Source: Bradymonadia bacterium | Lineage (GTDB): Bacteria; Myxococcota_A; Bradymonadia; UBA7976; UBA1532 | Direction: 5' to 3' | Assembly: GCA_051276005.1 (NCBI GenBank) | Contig: JBNMOZ010000001.1 | Location: 1-39,487, forward strand | DNA length: 39,487 nt | Made by a program: the position numbers and the translations under genes | The notes under the pieces: generated by a model | Databases searched by the model: none | What the model saw: the letters and a program-made list of their open reading frames with translations, nothing else | What the model was told of the DNA's origin: nothing | In this document: positions 7,372 through 15,899 of the stretch, piece after piece | Numbering within the stretch: the stretch's first letter is position 1 | Layout: each line of letters opens with the position of its first letter

Positions 7372-7999
7372 GCCCGGTGGCCTCGCTGTTCTGCCGCATC
7401 ATGTCCATCGCGGTCTCTTGTGCGGAGCGGTCGGCGGGGGCGTCGATGAAGACCTCATGGGTGCGCAGGGCGACCAGGGCGATGGCGGTCGAGGCCTTCG
7501 GTGCGCCCATCGGAAACGCATCCGCGCGCTTACGAATGAAGCGGGCGGCCGCTCTGACTGCGGCCTGCTTCGCTTGCGCCTCAGGGCTTGAGACGCTGAA
7601 TCGCCATCGCTTGGCTTGCCCATCAACGCCGGGCTTCTCAGGGGCCACGTCAGCGGCCGCGTAGACTCGACAGTCAAAGTCACGGCAGGTCCGCGGACGC
7701 GCGTCGTAGATGGAGCAGGCATTGTCGATCAGCATCGGGCAGTGGCCGTGCTCATTGAAGCCCATGACCTGCGAGCCATTGCGGCTGCCAGGTGCGGGGA
7801 ATAACAACGCTTTGGGGATGGCCGCGAGGGCCGCACGCTCGTGACGCTCGACGTGTACGAAGTGCGACGCTTTGCAGCAGGCCGTGCACGATCCGCAGGG
7901 CACGTCGGGTGGGGTGGCGCCCCGCTGAGCGGCGAGGGTGGCGGTCAGCCAGGCGCCGAAGTCGCCCGCATCCAGATCAGTCGGCGAATCATTCGGCAA
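7361..7999 (-). CDS. YkgJ family cysteine-cluster protein (UPF0153, putative Fe-S/Zn)
   Basis: CGSCTACCK near the N-terminus and CPML.DN.CSIYDARPRTCRDFDC downstream are the YkgJ CxxCxxCC ... C..L....C.IY..RP..CR.F.C pattern. TTG start at 7999. 11-nt overlap with the upstream gene. Confidence 0.75.
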   Translation of the reverse strand: MPNDSPTDLDAGDFGAWLTATLAAQRGATPPDVPCGSCTACCKASHFVHVERHERAALAAIPKALLFPAPGSRNGSQVMGFNEHGHCPMLIDNACSIYDARPRTCRDFDCRVYAAADVAPEKPGVDGQAKRWRFSVSSPEAQAKQAAVRAAARFIRKRADAFPMGAPKASTAIALVALRTHEVFIDAPADRSAQETAMDMMRQNSEATGRAD

Positions 8000-8375
8000 G
8001 CAAAGCCTCCCGTTCGGCCTTGCGCAGGGTCTTGAAGACGAGCGCGTAGCTCTGCTCGAGCATCCAGAGCATCTCGTCGGCGGGCACGGTGCCGTCGATC
8101 ACGATGGTGTTCCAGTGCCTCTTGGACATGTGATAGCCCGGCGTGATCGCCGGATACCGGGCCCGCAAGGCGATCGCTTGATCGGGATCGCATTTGAGCG
8201 TGACGCTGGGCGCCCTGACATCGCCCGACGGTGCGCTGACGGGCATCAGCGCGAACATCTTGCCTTTGACTTTGAAGACTTCGGCCTCGGGGCCGAATGG
8301 AAACTCCGGCACGCAGCCGGGTTGACCAAGCAGGTTGGCGCGCACAAAAGAGGGATCTGCGGGGGGGGCTCTCAT
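7989..8375 (-). CDS. MmcQ/YjbR family DNA-binding protein
   Basis: FKVKGKMFAL........V.LKCDPD.A..LR..YP.I.PGYHMSKRHWNT...DG.VP.....L.EQSY.LV matches the YjbR/CyaY-like fold family signature (HMnKkhWntv). Confidence 0.7.
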   Translation of the reverse strand: MRAPPADPSFVRANLLGQPGCVPEFPFGPEAEVFKVKGKMFALMPVSAPSGDVRAPSVTLKCDPDQAIALRARYPAITPGYHMSKRHWNTIVIDGTVPADEMLWMLEQSYALVFKTLRKAEREALLAE

Positions 8376-8454
8376 CGATGACCTCAGCGAGTGAATTGTC
8401 TCGCCGAGGCTAACCGATGCGCGGGGGCGCAGGAACCGCGAAGGCAGGCAGGCG

Positions 8455-8898
8455 CTATCGCAGGAACAGCGCCATGATCAGGTCGCCGTCTTTGTGCTTG
8501 ATGCGCTTGGCGATGAACAGCAAACCGTTCTTACGCACGCTCACCTTCATGTCGATCTTGCTCTTGGGGATCGACACCTTGAACTGGTCTCGCTTGTTGA
8601 CCTTGCCCAGGTAGGTGAAGCTGGCGGTCTGACCGTTGGGCAGCTTGATCTGGCGGGTCTTCTTGAGCCGCAGATCGAACTTATGCTTTGCCAACTCCTT
8701 GAAACTCTTGCGATTGCTGAACGATCGCTTGAGCTTCTTGGCGATGTTGCGAAGGGCGGGATCGGCGGGGCCGGCCTTCTTGCTGGCGTGAATGACTGAC
8801 AGCTTCAAGCTGGCGCTGTCGGCGGCTTGAGCGTGGCTTACGAGACCGCCGAGAAGCAGTCCGGCAACGACGCCCATCTTCATAAATAAGGCACGCAT
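8455..8898 (-). CDS. Secreted Lys-rich hypothetical protein
   Basis: Signal peptide MKMGVVAGLLLGGLVSHAQA/AD. The gene is visibly lower in GC and Lys-rich. Its start ATG overlaps the anti-sigma stop (TAATG). It is the third gene of the ECF sigma operon. Confidence 0.6.
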   Translation of the reverse strand: MRALFMKMGVVAGLLLGGLVSHAQAADSASLKLSVIHASKKAGPADPALRNIAKKLKRSFSNRKSFKELAKHKFDLRLKKTRQIKLPNGQTASFTYLGKVNKRDQFKVSIPKSKIDMKVSVRKNGLLFIAKRIKHKDGDLIMALFLR

Positions 8899-9485
8899 TA
8901 GATGGGGTCCTCCTCGGCGGAAGGTGCGTCAATGGCGCCTTCGTCGTCGTCTTCGTCATCAAGCAACCAGATGACCGTCGAATCACCGTCGTCGGCCGGC
9001 ATGCTGATGAGAACGGTCGTCGGACCGTCGTTGTTCACCTCGTCGACAGTTACTTCGCCAGCGCCCGCCATCATGGGGGAGTCGGCGTCGTCGATCGTCG
9101 AAGTGTCGTCGCGCAGGGCGAAGAACGTAACGGCAGCCGCAGCGGCCGCGCCGATGAGCACCGGCGTCCAGTTGCGACCCCACCAGGCCTTCAACCGGCT
9201 GCCCAGAGCCTCGGGTGCAGCAGGTTGGGCAGGCGTCGGTGCAGCCTCGATCGCGCGCTCAGCCGGCAACGCCATGCTGATGCGATCGAAGAACCCCTCG
9301 AAGCTGGCCTGCTCGGCCTTGGCCTCGAAGTGCGTCTGCACGATCTCTTGTGTGATGCGCAGCGCCGAGAGCTCCTCACGCAGCGCCGGATCCTCGGCGA
9401 GCTGCGCTTCGAATGCACGCAGCTCCTCGGGGGGCATCTCGCCGTCGAAGTATCGCCCGACGGCCGACTCGGTCGTGTCGGTCAT
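8898..9485 (-). CDS. Anti-sigma factor, single-pass membrane, non-ZAS (no HxxxCxxC)
   Basis: The position directly after the ECF sigma gene (ATGA overlap at 9482-9485) supports the call. The N-terminal helical segment (YFDGEMPPEELRAFEAQLAEDPALREEL) is typical of anti-sigma domains. There is one TM (WTPVLIGAAAAAAVTFFAL). The extracytoplasmic tail is very acidic (LLDDEDDDEGAIDAPSAEEDPI). Confidence 0.6.
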   Translation of the reverse strand: MTDTTESAVGRYFDGEMPPEELRAFEAQLAEDPALREELSALRITQEIVQTHFEAKAEQASFEGFFDRISMALPAERAIEAAPTPAQPAAPEALGSRLKAWWGRNWTPVLIGAAAAAAVTFFALRDDTSTIDDADSPMMAGAGEVTVDEVNNDGPTTVLISMPADDGDSTVIWLLDDEDDDEGAIDAPSAEEDPI

Positions 9486-10117
9486 TTCTGCTGCTTTCTG
9501 ACGCCGCCGCCCGCCCTCGTCGCCAGGTGAGACCCGGCTTCTTCGAGGTAGGGCTTGAGCACCTTTTGGAGGTTCTTTCGAGCATGATGGAGGCGGCTCA
9601 TCACCGTCCCCAAGTGGCAGTCCATCACCGAGGCGATCTCATCGTATGAGAGGCCTTCGACCTCGCGGAGCAACAGGATGGCGCGATGGTTCTCACTGAG
9701 TTTGCCAATCGCGTCTTCGAGTACGCCGCCCAGCTCTTGCTGGTCGAATGCTTCGCCAGGGTGCATCGCCCGGGTGTTCGCGGTCAGGGGTACGGCCCCC
9801 AATTCATCACGACGCTTGAAGGTCTCGTCGTATTCGACGGACTTCATCTTGCCGTGTTTGCGGCAATGGTCGATGCACACGTTCACCGTGATCCGGTACA
9901 GCCACGTATAGAAGGAGCTGTCTCCTTTGAAGCCGCTGATGTTGCGAAAGACCTTGATGAAGGCCTCCTGAGCAGCATCCATGGCATCTTCCGGGTTGCG
10001 GAGGATGCCCATGGCGACGCCATATGCCCGACGCTGGTATTTATCCACCAGGATCCGGAAGGCCCGGTGGTCACCCTGTTTGCAACGAATAACGAGTTCT
10101 TGGTCAGTCAGCCCCAA
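9482..10117 (-). CDS. ECF (group 4) RNA polymerase sigma-70 factor
   Basis: Region 2 (DQELV.RC.QGD..AF..LV.KYQRRAYGVA..IL.N.EDA.DA.QEAF.K....I..F......F.TWLYRI..N.CID..R) and region 4 (LSE.HR..L.LREVEGLSY.EIA.VM.C..GTV.SRL..AR..L). The TTG start at 10117 is chosen because GGAGG lies 5 nt upstream; ATG 10171 is the alternative. The track ORF extension to 10867 is an artefact. Confidence 0.85.
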   Translation of the reverse strand: MGLTDQELVIRCKQGDHRAFRILVDKYQRRAYGVAMGILRNPEDAMDAAQEAFIKVFRNISGFKGDSSFYTWLYRITVNVCIDHCRKHGKMKSVEYDETFKRRDELGAVPLTANTRAMHPGEAFDQQELGGVLEDAIGKLSENHRAILLLREVEGLSYDEIASVMDCHLGTVMSRLHHARKNLQKVLKPYLEEAGSHLATRAGGGVRKQQK

Positions 10118-10250
10118 TTCAACCTCCGCCGACGACGCGTTTTTGCGTGCCCTATTCAGGCGCGAACGCATCCTATGGGAAATTGAACGAAACGACGACC
10201 GCGCTGCGTCCGAGGAAGTCTCGGCCGGCGCCGCGCGTTGAAGGTCAGGT

Positions 10251-13200
10251 ATGCGAACTGCTTCGTCGACATTTGCCCGCATCGCCGCTGTTCTCGGGCG
10301 CACCCGCTCGCGAATGCGCCTTCGCGCAGGGCTGATTGCCCTGGGCTGGGCCATTGCGATTGTCGGGGTGCTCGCGCTCATCGTGGTGCTCCTTGCGGGG
10401 GCTCTTGAGGCGGGCAGCTGGCTGCGAGGGGTCGCGGCGGTGCTGCTCACAGGGTCCTTTACGGGGGTCGTGTGGCGTTTCTTCATTCTCGAATGGTGGC
10501 GCAGTCGATCTAACGCCGTGGTCGCTGCGCATCTCGAAGCCGCCGTGCCCGAATTGCGGGATGGATTGCTGGCGTGCGTCGAGTTGGAGGACGCCCCCGA
10601 GCGCGCCGATGCCGAGTTGCGGTCCGCGCTGCAGCAGAAGGTCGCCGCGCGTTTGGACATCGCCAACGTCAAAGCGGTGACGCCGTTTCGGCCCGCGCGC
10701 AAAGCCTGGATTGGCGCCGGCATCGCGGCTTTGGTCTGGGGATTGGCCGTGCTCGTCGCGCCCGGCGCGATCTCGCGTGGGTTCGCCACCTTGGCCCCTG
10801 GCAGCGCGCTGATCGGGCCCGATGGGGCTCTCCAGACCGGCCCGTTGGTGGGCGACTTGACCCTCACGCTGCACTATCCCGAGCACACCGGGCGGCAGCC
10901 GAAGGTGATCCCGAACTCGGCAGGCGATTTTCTCGCGCCAAAAGGCACTCGGGTCGAGATCTCGGCCACGACGTTGGAGCCTGCGAAAGACGTCAGCCTC
11001 TCCTTCGGCGAGCCGGGCGAGGGCACGCAGGTGCCGCTCACGGTTAAAGAGGGGCGCGACGCGCGGGGTGAGTTCGTCGTCTCCCAGGCGAGCGCTTGGC
11101 GCTTCATGATCTCGACGACCGGCGGCGAGGCGCTCATCGAAGCGTTGGACCGCCACGTCAGGCTCGAACCCGACAACGCGCCCGAAGTGACGCTGCAGCT
11201 GCCTTCCGAAGACCTCGAACTCGAAGACCTGCGCCGCGTCGCCGTGCAGTACTCCGCCCGCGACGACTTTGGGCTGAGCAAGGTCAATATCGTCATCTCG
11301 CTCGCGGCTGATCCGGAACATCCCGAGAAGATTGAGCAAATCGGGGTCAAGGGGAAGGCGCACGCAGGCCGCGATGAGATCGACCTGAGCATCATCCAAG
11401 CGCAGCCCGGCGATCGCATCGCCCTGCTGGTCGAGGCCTGGGACAACCACAGCATCGACGGCCCGCAGCGTGGCGTCTCGGTCACGCGCTACATCACCGT
11501 GCACTCCCCGCAAGAGACCCACTACGAGCTGAGCGAGCGCCTGCGCGCGCTGGTTGACCTGCTGCTCACCGCGCTCGCCGACCGGCTCGAGATGGACAAT
11601 TGGGCCGGTGAAGGCCTACCGGCGCGCCTCGCCGCGCTCAACGTGACCAGCGAGAAGGCGGCGAAGGAGTTCGGCGTGATCATCGACAACATGGTCGATG
11701 ACCCGCTCACCCCCAAAGAGGTGCGCCTGGCGCTGATGGGTCGGTTGGGCAGCCTCGACAAGGCCATCACGGCCGAGGTCGATCTGCTCAACACGCAGAA
11801 CCCGGCGCTTGAAGCGCGCACGCCGGCCGTCATCACCCAGGGCACCGCGACGAATAATGGCGTGGTCGATCAGCTGGAGCAGTCCATCGTGCTGGTCGAG
11901 GCGATGGTCGCGCGGTTGGCCCTCGAAGACATGCAGGCCCTGCTCGAAGAGATGCGCAGCGCTCAGGATCGTCTGCGCGAGATGGTCAAAGAGTACAAGA
12001 AGAACCCCGACGACGCGGCGCTCAAGTCGCGGATCATGCGCGAGGTGCAGCGCATTCGGAAGCGTATGGAAGAGATCCGGCGTCGTATGGCCCAGATGCG
12101 CAAGAAGATGCCTGATGAGTTCCTCAACCTCGACGGCATGAAGAAGGGCGACATGGCCAAGGGGCTCAAGGAGCAGGCCGACCAGCTCAAGGACCTCGAG
12201 AAGATGCTCGAAGAGGGCCGCATGGACGAGGCGTTGGCCGCGCTCGACGAGATGCAGCAGGCCCTCGACGAGATGAACAAGGCGCTCGATAAGGACCTCG
12301 ACGACCTGCACAAGAACAGTAACCCCGAGATGCAGAAGGCGCTCAGCGAGCTGATGGACCAGACCCGCGACCTGATGGCGCGGCAGCAAGAGGTCAACAA
12401 AGAGACCCAGAAGCTCGCCGAGAAGGAGCGCGAGCAGATGCGCAAGATGCTTGAGGAGCAGCTCAAGGAGAAGATGGCGAGCGTGCAGCAGAAGGGCCGC
12501 CAGCTTGAGCAGCAGGTGGCAAAGATCAAGCCCGAGCGACTCAGCAACCCGGCCGCGCGCGAGCTGAGCCATGTCGAGCAGCGCGTCACCGAGCTCAACA
12601 GCGCGCTGGAGCGTAAGGCGATCATGGAGGCGCTGCAGATGGCGGAGCGCACGCTTGATCGCCTCGACCGTGTCGAGCGTATGCAACGCATGCAGAGCAC
12701 CGAGCAGCCCAAGATCGGCAAGAGCCAGCAGCTGGCCAAAGACATCAACGCCGAGTTGGCGCAGATGGCTCAGGACGCGCGCAAGCAGATGCAGAAGGCC
12801 CAGCAGGGTCAATCGCAGAAGTCGCAAGAGGTCGGGCAGAAGCAGAAGAAGCTCTCGGATGCCGCGCAGAAGCTCGGCCAGCGCCTTGAGGAAGGCGCGC
12901 AGAAGATCCCCGGCATGGGTGATAAGCCGATGAAGAGCCTACAGCAGGCGCAGAAGTCCATGCGTGACGCCGCCCAGCGACTGCAGGGTGAGCAGCCGGG
13001 GCAGGCGCAACCCGGGCAGCAACAGGCGATGAGCTCATTGCAGCAGATCATGGACGGGCTCAAGCGCGCGAATCAGCCGCAGAAGGCCAAGCGTCAAAAG
13101 CAGGGGCGCAAGATGAGCCACGAGCGCGTCAACGTGCCCAAGGGTGACGATCATCGGGGCCCCGAGGCGTTCCGCAAGGAGCTGCTCGACGCCATGAAGG

Positions 13201-13262
13201 ACGCCCCGCCCGACGCCTATCGCGACCAGGTCAAGCGCTACTACGAGGCGTTGATCAAATGA
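10251..13262 (+). CDS. DUF4175-like large membrane protein with a roughly 400-aa Lys/Glu/Gln-rich coiled-coil region
   Basis: N-terminal TM pair (LIALGWAIAIVGVLALIVVLLAG / VAAVLLTGSFTGVVW). Central beta-rich region, then a long heptad-like K/E/Q/M segment. The C-terminal ...HRGPEAFRKELLDAMKDAPPDAYRDQVKRYYEALIK resembles the DUF4175 C-terminus as I recall it. First gene of the MoxR operon. Confidence 0.6.
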   Translation: MRTASSTFARIAAVLGRTRSRMRLRAGLIALGWAIAIVGVLALIVVLLAGALEAGSWLRGVAAVLLTGSFTGVVWRFFILEWWRSRSNAVVAAHLEAAVPELRDGLLACVELEDAPERADAELRSALQQKVAARLDIANVKAVTPFRPARKAWIGAGIAALVWGLAVLVAPGAISRGFATLAPGSALIGPDGALQTGPLVGDLTLTLHYPEHTGRQPKVIPNSAGDFLAPKGTRVEISATTLEPAKDVSLSFGEPGEGTQVPLTVKEGRDARGEFVVSQASAWRFMISTTGGEALIEALDRHVRLEPDNAPEVTLQLPSEDLELEDLRRVAVQYSARDDFGLSKVNIVISLAADPEHPEKIEQIGVKGKAHAGRDEIDLSIIQAQPGDRIALLVEAWDNHSIDGPQRGVSVTRYITVHSPQETHYELSERLRALVDLLLTALADRLEMDNWAGEGLPARLAALNVTSEKAAKEFGVIIDNMVDDPLTPKEVRLALMGRLGSLDKAITAEVDLLNTQNPALEARTPAVITQGTATNNGVVDQLEQSIVLVEAMVARLALEDMQALLEEMRSAQDRLREMVKEYKKNPDDAALKSRIMREVQRIRKRMEEIRRRMAQMRKKMPDEFLNLDGMKKGDMAKGLKEQADQLKDLEKMLEEGRMDEALAALDEMQQALDEMNKALDKDLDDLHKNSNPEMQKALSELMDQTRDLMARQQEVNKETQKLAEKEREQMRKMLEEQLKEKMASVQQKGRQLEQQVAKIKPERLSNPAARELSHVEQRVTELNSALERKAIMEALQMAERTLDRLDRVERMQRMQSTEQPKIGKSQQLAKDINAELAQMAQDARKQMQKAQQGQSQKSQEVGQKQKKLSDAAQKLGQRLEEGAQKIPGMGDKPMKSLQQAQKSMRDAAQRLQGEQPGQAQPGQQQAMSSLQQIMDGLKRANQPQKAKRQKQGRKMSHERVNVPKGDDHRGPEAFRKELLDAMKDAPPDAYRDQVKRYYEALIK

Positions 13263-14866
13263 GCGCATACAGCACGACTATGCGGACGATGACTCGTCGA
13301 ATTGTTCTTTGTCTTTGCATGCTTGCGTTGCCCGCGCAGGCGGCGCCCGACGGCGCAGTGCAGAAGATCCACCAGCTGATCAGCGACTGGCAGACGGTCG
13401 ACGCGCGCGCTCGCCTTGAGCCGCTGCTGGCCGACGAGCCCAGCGACCCGACGCTGATCTTCCTGCAAGGACGGTTGCTGTTCTTTGAGGCGCGATACAA
13501 AGAGGCCGTCGCCGCGCTCGACACCGCGATCGCGGAGCTCGGTGACGCGGCGCCGTCTGCGATGAAGGCGTTTCGAGAAGAGGTCGCGGCGACCTACGAA
13601 AAACTCAAAGGCCTCGACGAGTACACCTCGCCCGACGGGCGCTTCTTCATTCGGCATCATCCCAAAGACGCCCTGCTGATGCCCTACCTCGTCGACGTGC
13701 TGCAGCGCGCTGACGCGGTCTATCAGCAGGACTTTCGCATGCGCCCCCAGGGGCGGATCGTGGTCGAGATCTACCCCGAGATCACGTATTTGGCGGCGGT
13801 CAGCCCGTTGACAGAAGACGACATCGAGACCTCGGGCACCATCGCGTTGTGCAAGTACAACCGGCTGATGTTCACCTCGCCCCGGGCGCTGGTGCGAGGC
13901 TACGGGTGGCGCGATACGGTGGCGCATGAGTTCGTGCACTACTACCTGACCAAGGCGAGCGGAAACTCAGTGCCGATCTGGCTGCATGAGGGCATCGCCA
14001 AGTTCGAAGAGACCCGCTGGCGGGCTGCACCGGGTGCGCCATTGGACCCGCCGCAAGAAGACCTGCTCGCGCGTTCGCTCAAGGCCGATAAGCTGGTGAC
14101 CTTCAAAGAGATGCACCCGTCGATGGCCAAGCTGCCCAGCCAAGAGGCGGCGAGCTTGGCGTACGCCGAGGTGCACACCGCGATTCAGCTGCTCTACGAG
14201 AAGGCCGGCTACGACGGCTTGATGCAGTTCATTGGACGCCTCAAGAAGCGCCAGAGCATGGACGACGCGCTGCAGGCCACCTACGGCTTCCCGCTCAGCG
14301 GGCTGTGGACGTATTGGAAGCGCACGATGAAGACGCGCAACCTGCGGACCTATCCGGGGCTGGTGCAGACGTCGCTCAAGTTCAAGCGGCCTGGCGATCC
14401 GGAGTCGGACGATCCGAACGCCGAGCCAGAGGCCGACTACGACACGATCGAAGAGAAGCAGGTCAAAGACCTCACCCACATCGGTGAGCTGTTGCGGGCT
14501 CGAGGCCGCATCAAAGCGGCGCTCAAAGAGTATGAGAAGGCGATCGTGCTTGGCGGCGACGGCAACCCGGTGATCCAGAACGGCGCCGCGGCGGCCATGA
14601 TCGAAATGAAGGCCTATGCCAAGGTGCCCGAGACGCTGACGCGCGTGTCGCGGTACTATCCCAGCTTCTTGAAGACGCATTTGAATCTTGGACAGGCCTA
14701 CATGCACCTGAAGAACCCGCAGAAGGCCATCGAGGCCTTCGAAGAGGCGGTCGGGATTAACCCGTTTCATCCGCTGCCCCATGCATCGCTCGCCAAGCTC
14801 TATGCCGAGCTGGGCGAGACCGAGAAGGCAGCGCGCGCGCAGGCCAGCCTGGAGTTGCTCAAGTGA
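13259..14866 (+). CDS. Secreted peptidase-MA-like (HExxH) protein with N- and C-terminal TPR repeats
   Basis: Signal peptide ..LCLCMLALPAQA/AP. Gluzincin motif VAHEFVHYYL followed by WLHEGIAKFEE. TPR-like repeats at both ends (e.g. LNLGQAYMHLKNPQKAIEAFEEAVGINP). ATGA overlap with the upstream gene. Confidence 0.7.
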   Translation: MSAYSTTMRTMTRRIVLCLCMLALPAQAAPDGAVQKIHQLISDWQTVDARARLEPLLADEPSDPTLIFLQGRLLFFEARYKEAVAALDTAIAELGDAAPSAMKAFREEVAATYEKLKGLDEYTSPDGRFFIRHHPKDALLMPYLVDVLQRADAVYQQDFRMRPQGRIVVEIYPEITYLAAVSPLTEDDIETSGTIALCKYNRLMFTSPRALVRGYGWRDTVAHEFVHYYLTKASGNSVPIWLHEGIAKFEETRWRAAPGAPLDPPQEDLLARSLKADKLVTFKEMHPSMAKLPSQEAASLAYAEVHTAIQLLYEKAGYDGLMQFIGRLKKRQSMDDALQATYGFPLSGLWTYWKRTMKTRNLRTYPGLVQTSLKFKRPGDPESDDPNAEPEADYDTIEEKQVKDLTHIGELLRARGRIKAALKEYEKAIVLGGDGNPVIQNGAAAAMIEMKAYAKVPETLTRVSRYYPSFLKTHLNLGQAYMHLKNPQKAIEAFEEAVGINPFHPLPHASLAKLYAELGETEKAARAQASLELLK

Positions 14867-15891
14867 GTGCGTTCGAGAGTTCAACAGCCCCCAATGCCGA
14901 GCCGAGCGTCACCCCCGAGGCCGTCAAGGCGGCCGCGAAGGCGCGCGACGCGATCATCGCCGAAGTGGGCAAGAAGATCGTCGGCCAGAAGACCGTGATC
15001 GAGCAGATGCTCGTCGCCCTGTTTGCCAGCGGCCACGTGCTGTTCGTGGGTGTGCCGGGCCTGGCGAAGACGCTGCTGGTGCGCACCGTGGCTGAGGCGC
15101 TCGACCTCAACTTCAGCCGTATCCAGTTCACGCCCGACCTGATGCCCAGCGACATCACCGGAACCGACCTGCTCGAAGAGGATCCCGAGACCGGGCGCCG
15201 GCGCTACACCTTCATGAAGGGCCCGATCTTCGCCAACCTGCTGCTGGCTGATGAGATCAACCGCACGCCGCCCAAGACGCAGGCTGCGCTGTTGCAGGCC
15301 ATGCAGGAGTCCAAGGTCACGGCGGCGGGCAAGACCTGGCCGCTGGCGCCGCCGTTTCTGTGCTTCGCGACGCAGAACCCGGTGGAGCAAGAGGGCACGT
15401 ATCCGCTGCCCGAAGCCCAACTCGACCGCTTCATGTTCATGATCGACGTGGGCTATCCCGAGGCCGACGAAGAGGCGCAGATCGTCCAGATGACCACCGG
15501 CAACTCGACCTCCACGGTCAAGCCGGTGCTCAACGCCGCCCAGATCGTTGAATTGCAGCGCACCGCGCGGGCCATCTTCGCGCCCGAGCATGTCGTCAAG
15601 TACGCGGTCCGACTGGTGCGCGCGACGCGTCCGAAGGATCCGTCCGCCCCCGACTACGTGCAGCAGTTCGTCTCTTGGGGCGCGGGCCCGCGGGCGAGCC
15701 AGTACCTGATCCTCGCGGCCAAGGCGCGGGCGCTGCTCAACGGCGAGATGAACGCCAGCCGGGCCGACGTGATGGCCCTCGCGCGCCCGGTGCTCGAGCA
15801 TCGCGTGCTGACCAACTTCCACGCCGAAGCCGAGCGCATCACGGCCGCGGATATCGTCGGGCGCCTGCTCGAATCCGTTCCGAAGGACTGA
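14863..15891 (+). CDS. MoxR family AAA+ ATPase
   Basis: I.GQ......L.AL...GHVL..GVPGLAKT (Walker A), LLLADEINR.PPKTQ.ALL.AM.E (Walker B / sensor), and FATQNP.EQEGTYPLPEAQLDRF. The GTG start overlaps the upstream stop (GTGA). Confidence 0.92.
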   Translation: MSAFESSTAPNAEPSVTPEAVKAAAKARDAIIAEVGKKIVGQKTVIEQMLVALFASGHVLFVGVPGLAKTLLVRTVAEALDLNFSRIQFTPDLMPSDITGTDLLEEDPETGRRRYTFMKGPIFANLLLADEINRTPPKTQAALLQAMQESKVTAAGKTWPLAPPFLCFATQNPVEQEGTYPLPEAQLDRFMFMIDVGYPEADEEAQIVQMTTGNSTSTVKPVLNAAQIVELQRTARAIFAPEHVVKYAVRLVRATRPKDPSAPDYVQQFVSWGAGPRASQYLILAAKARALLNGEMNASRADVMALARPVLEHRVLTNFHAEAERITAADIVGRLLESVPKD

Positions 15892-15899
15892 CCGAACCG

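Noticed and set aside
10118-10867. 250-aa N-terminal extension of the sigma-factor ORF (track ORF 9482..10867)
   Set aside because: The extension is Ala/Arg/Ser/Pro low complexity and overlaps the DUF4175-like gene on the other strand. The ECF region 2 starts right after a TTG with a GGAGG 5 nt upstream at 10117.
10245-12827. Minus-strand ORFs 10245..11522 (425 aa), 11616..12827 (403 aa) and 11963..12748 (261 aa)
   Set aside because: They are antisense to the 1003-aa + strand gene. Over the coiled-coil region, GAG/AAG/CAG-rich codons leave several frames stop-free on both strands. The translations are Leu/Arg/His- or Ser/Cys-rich without domain character.
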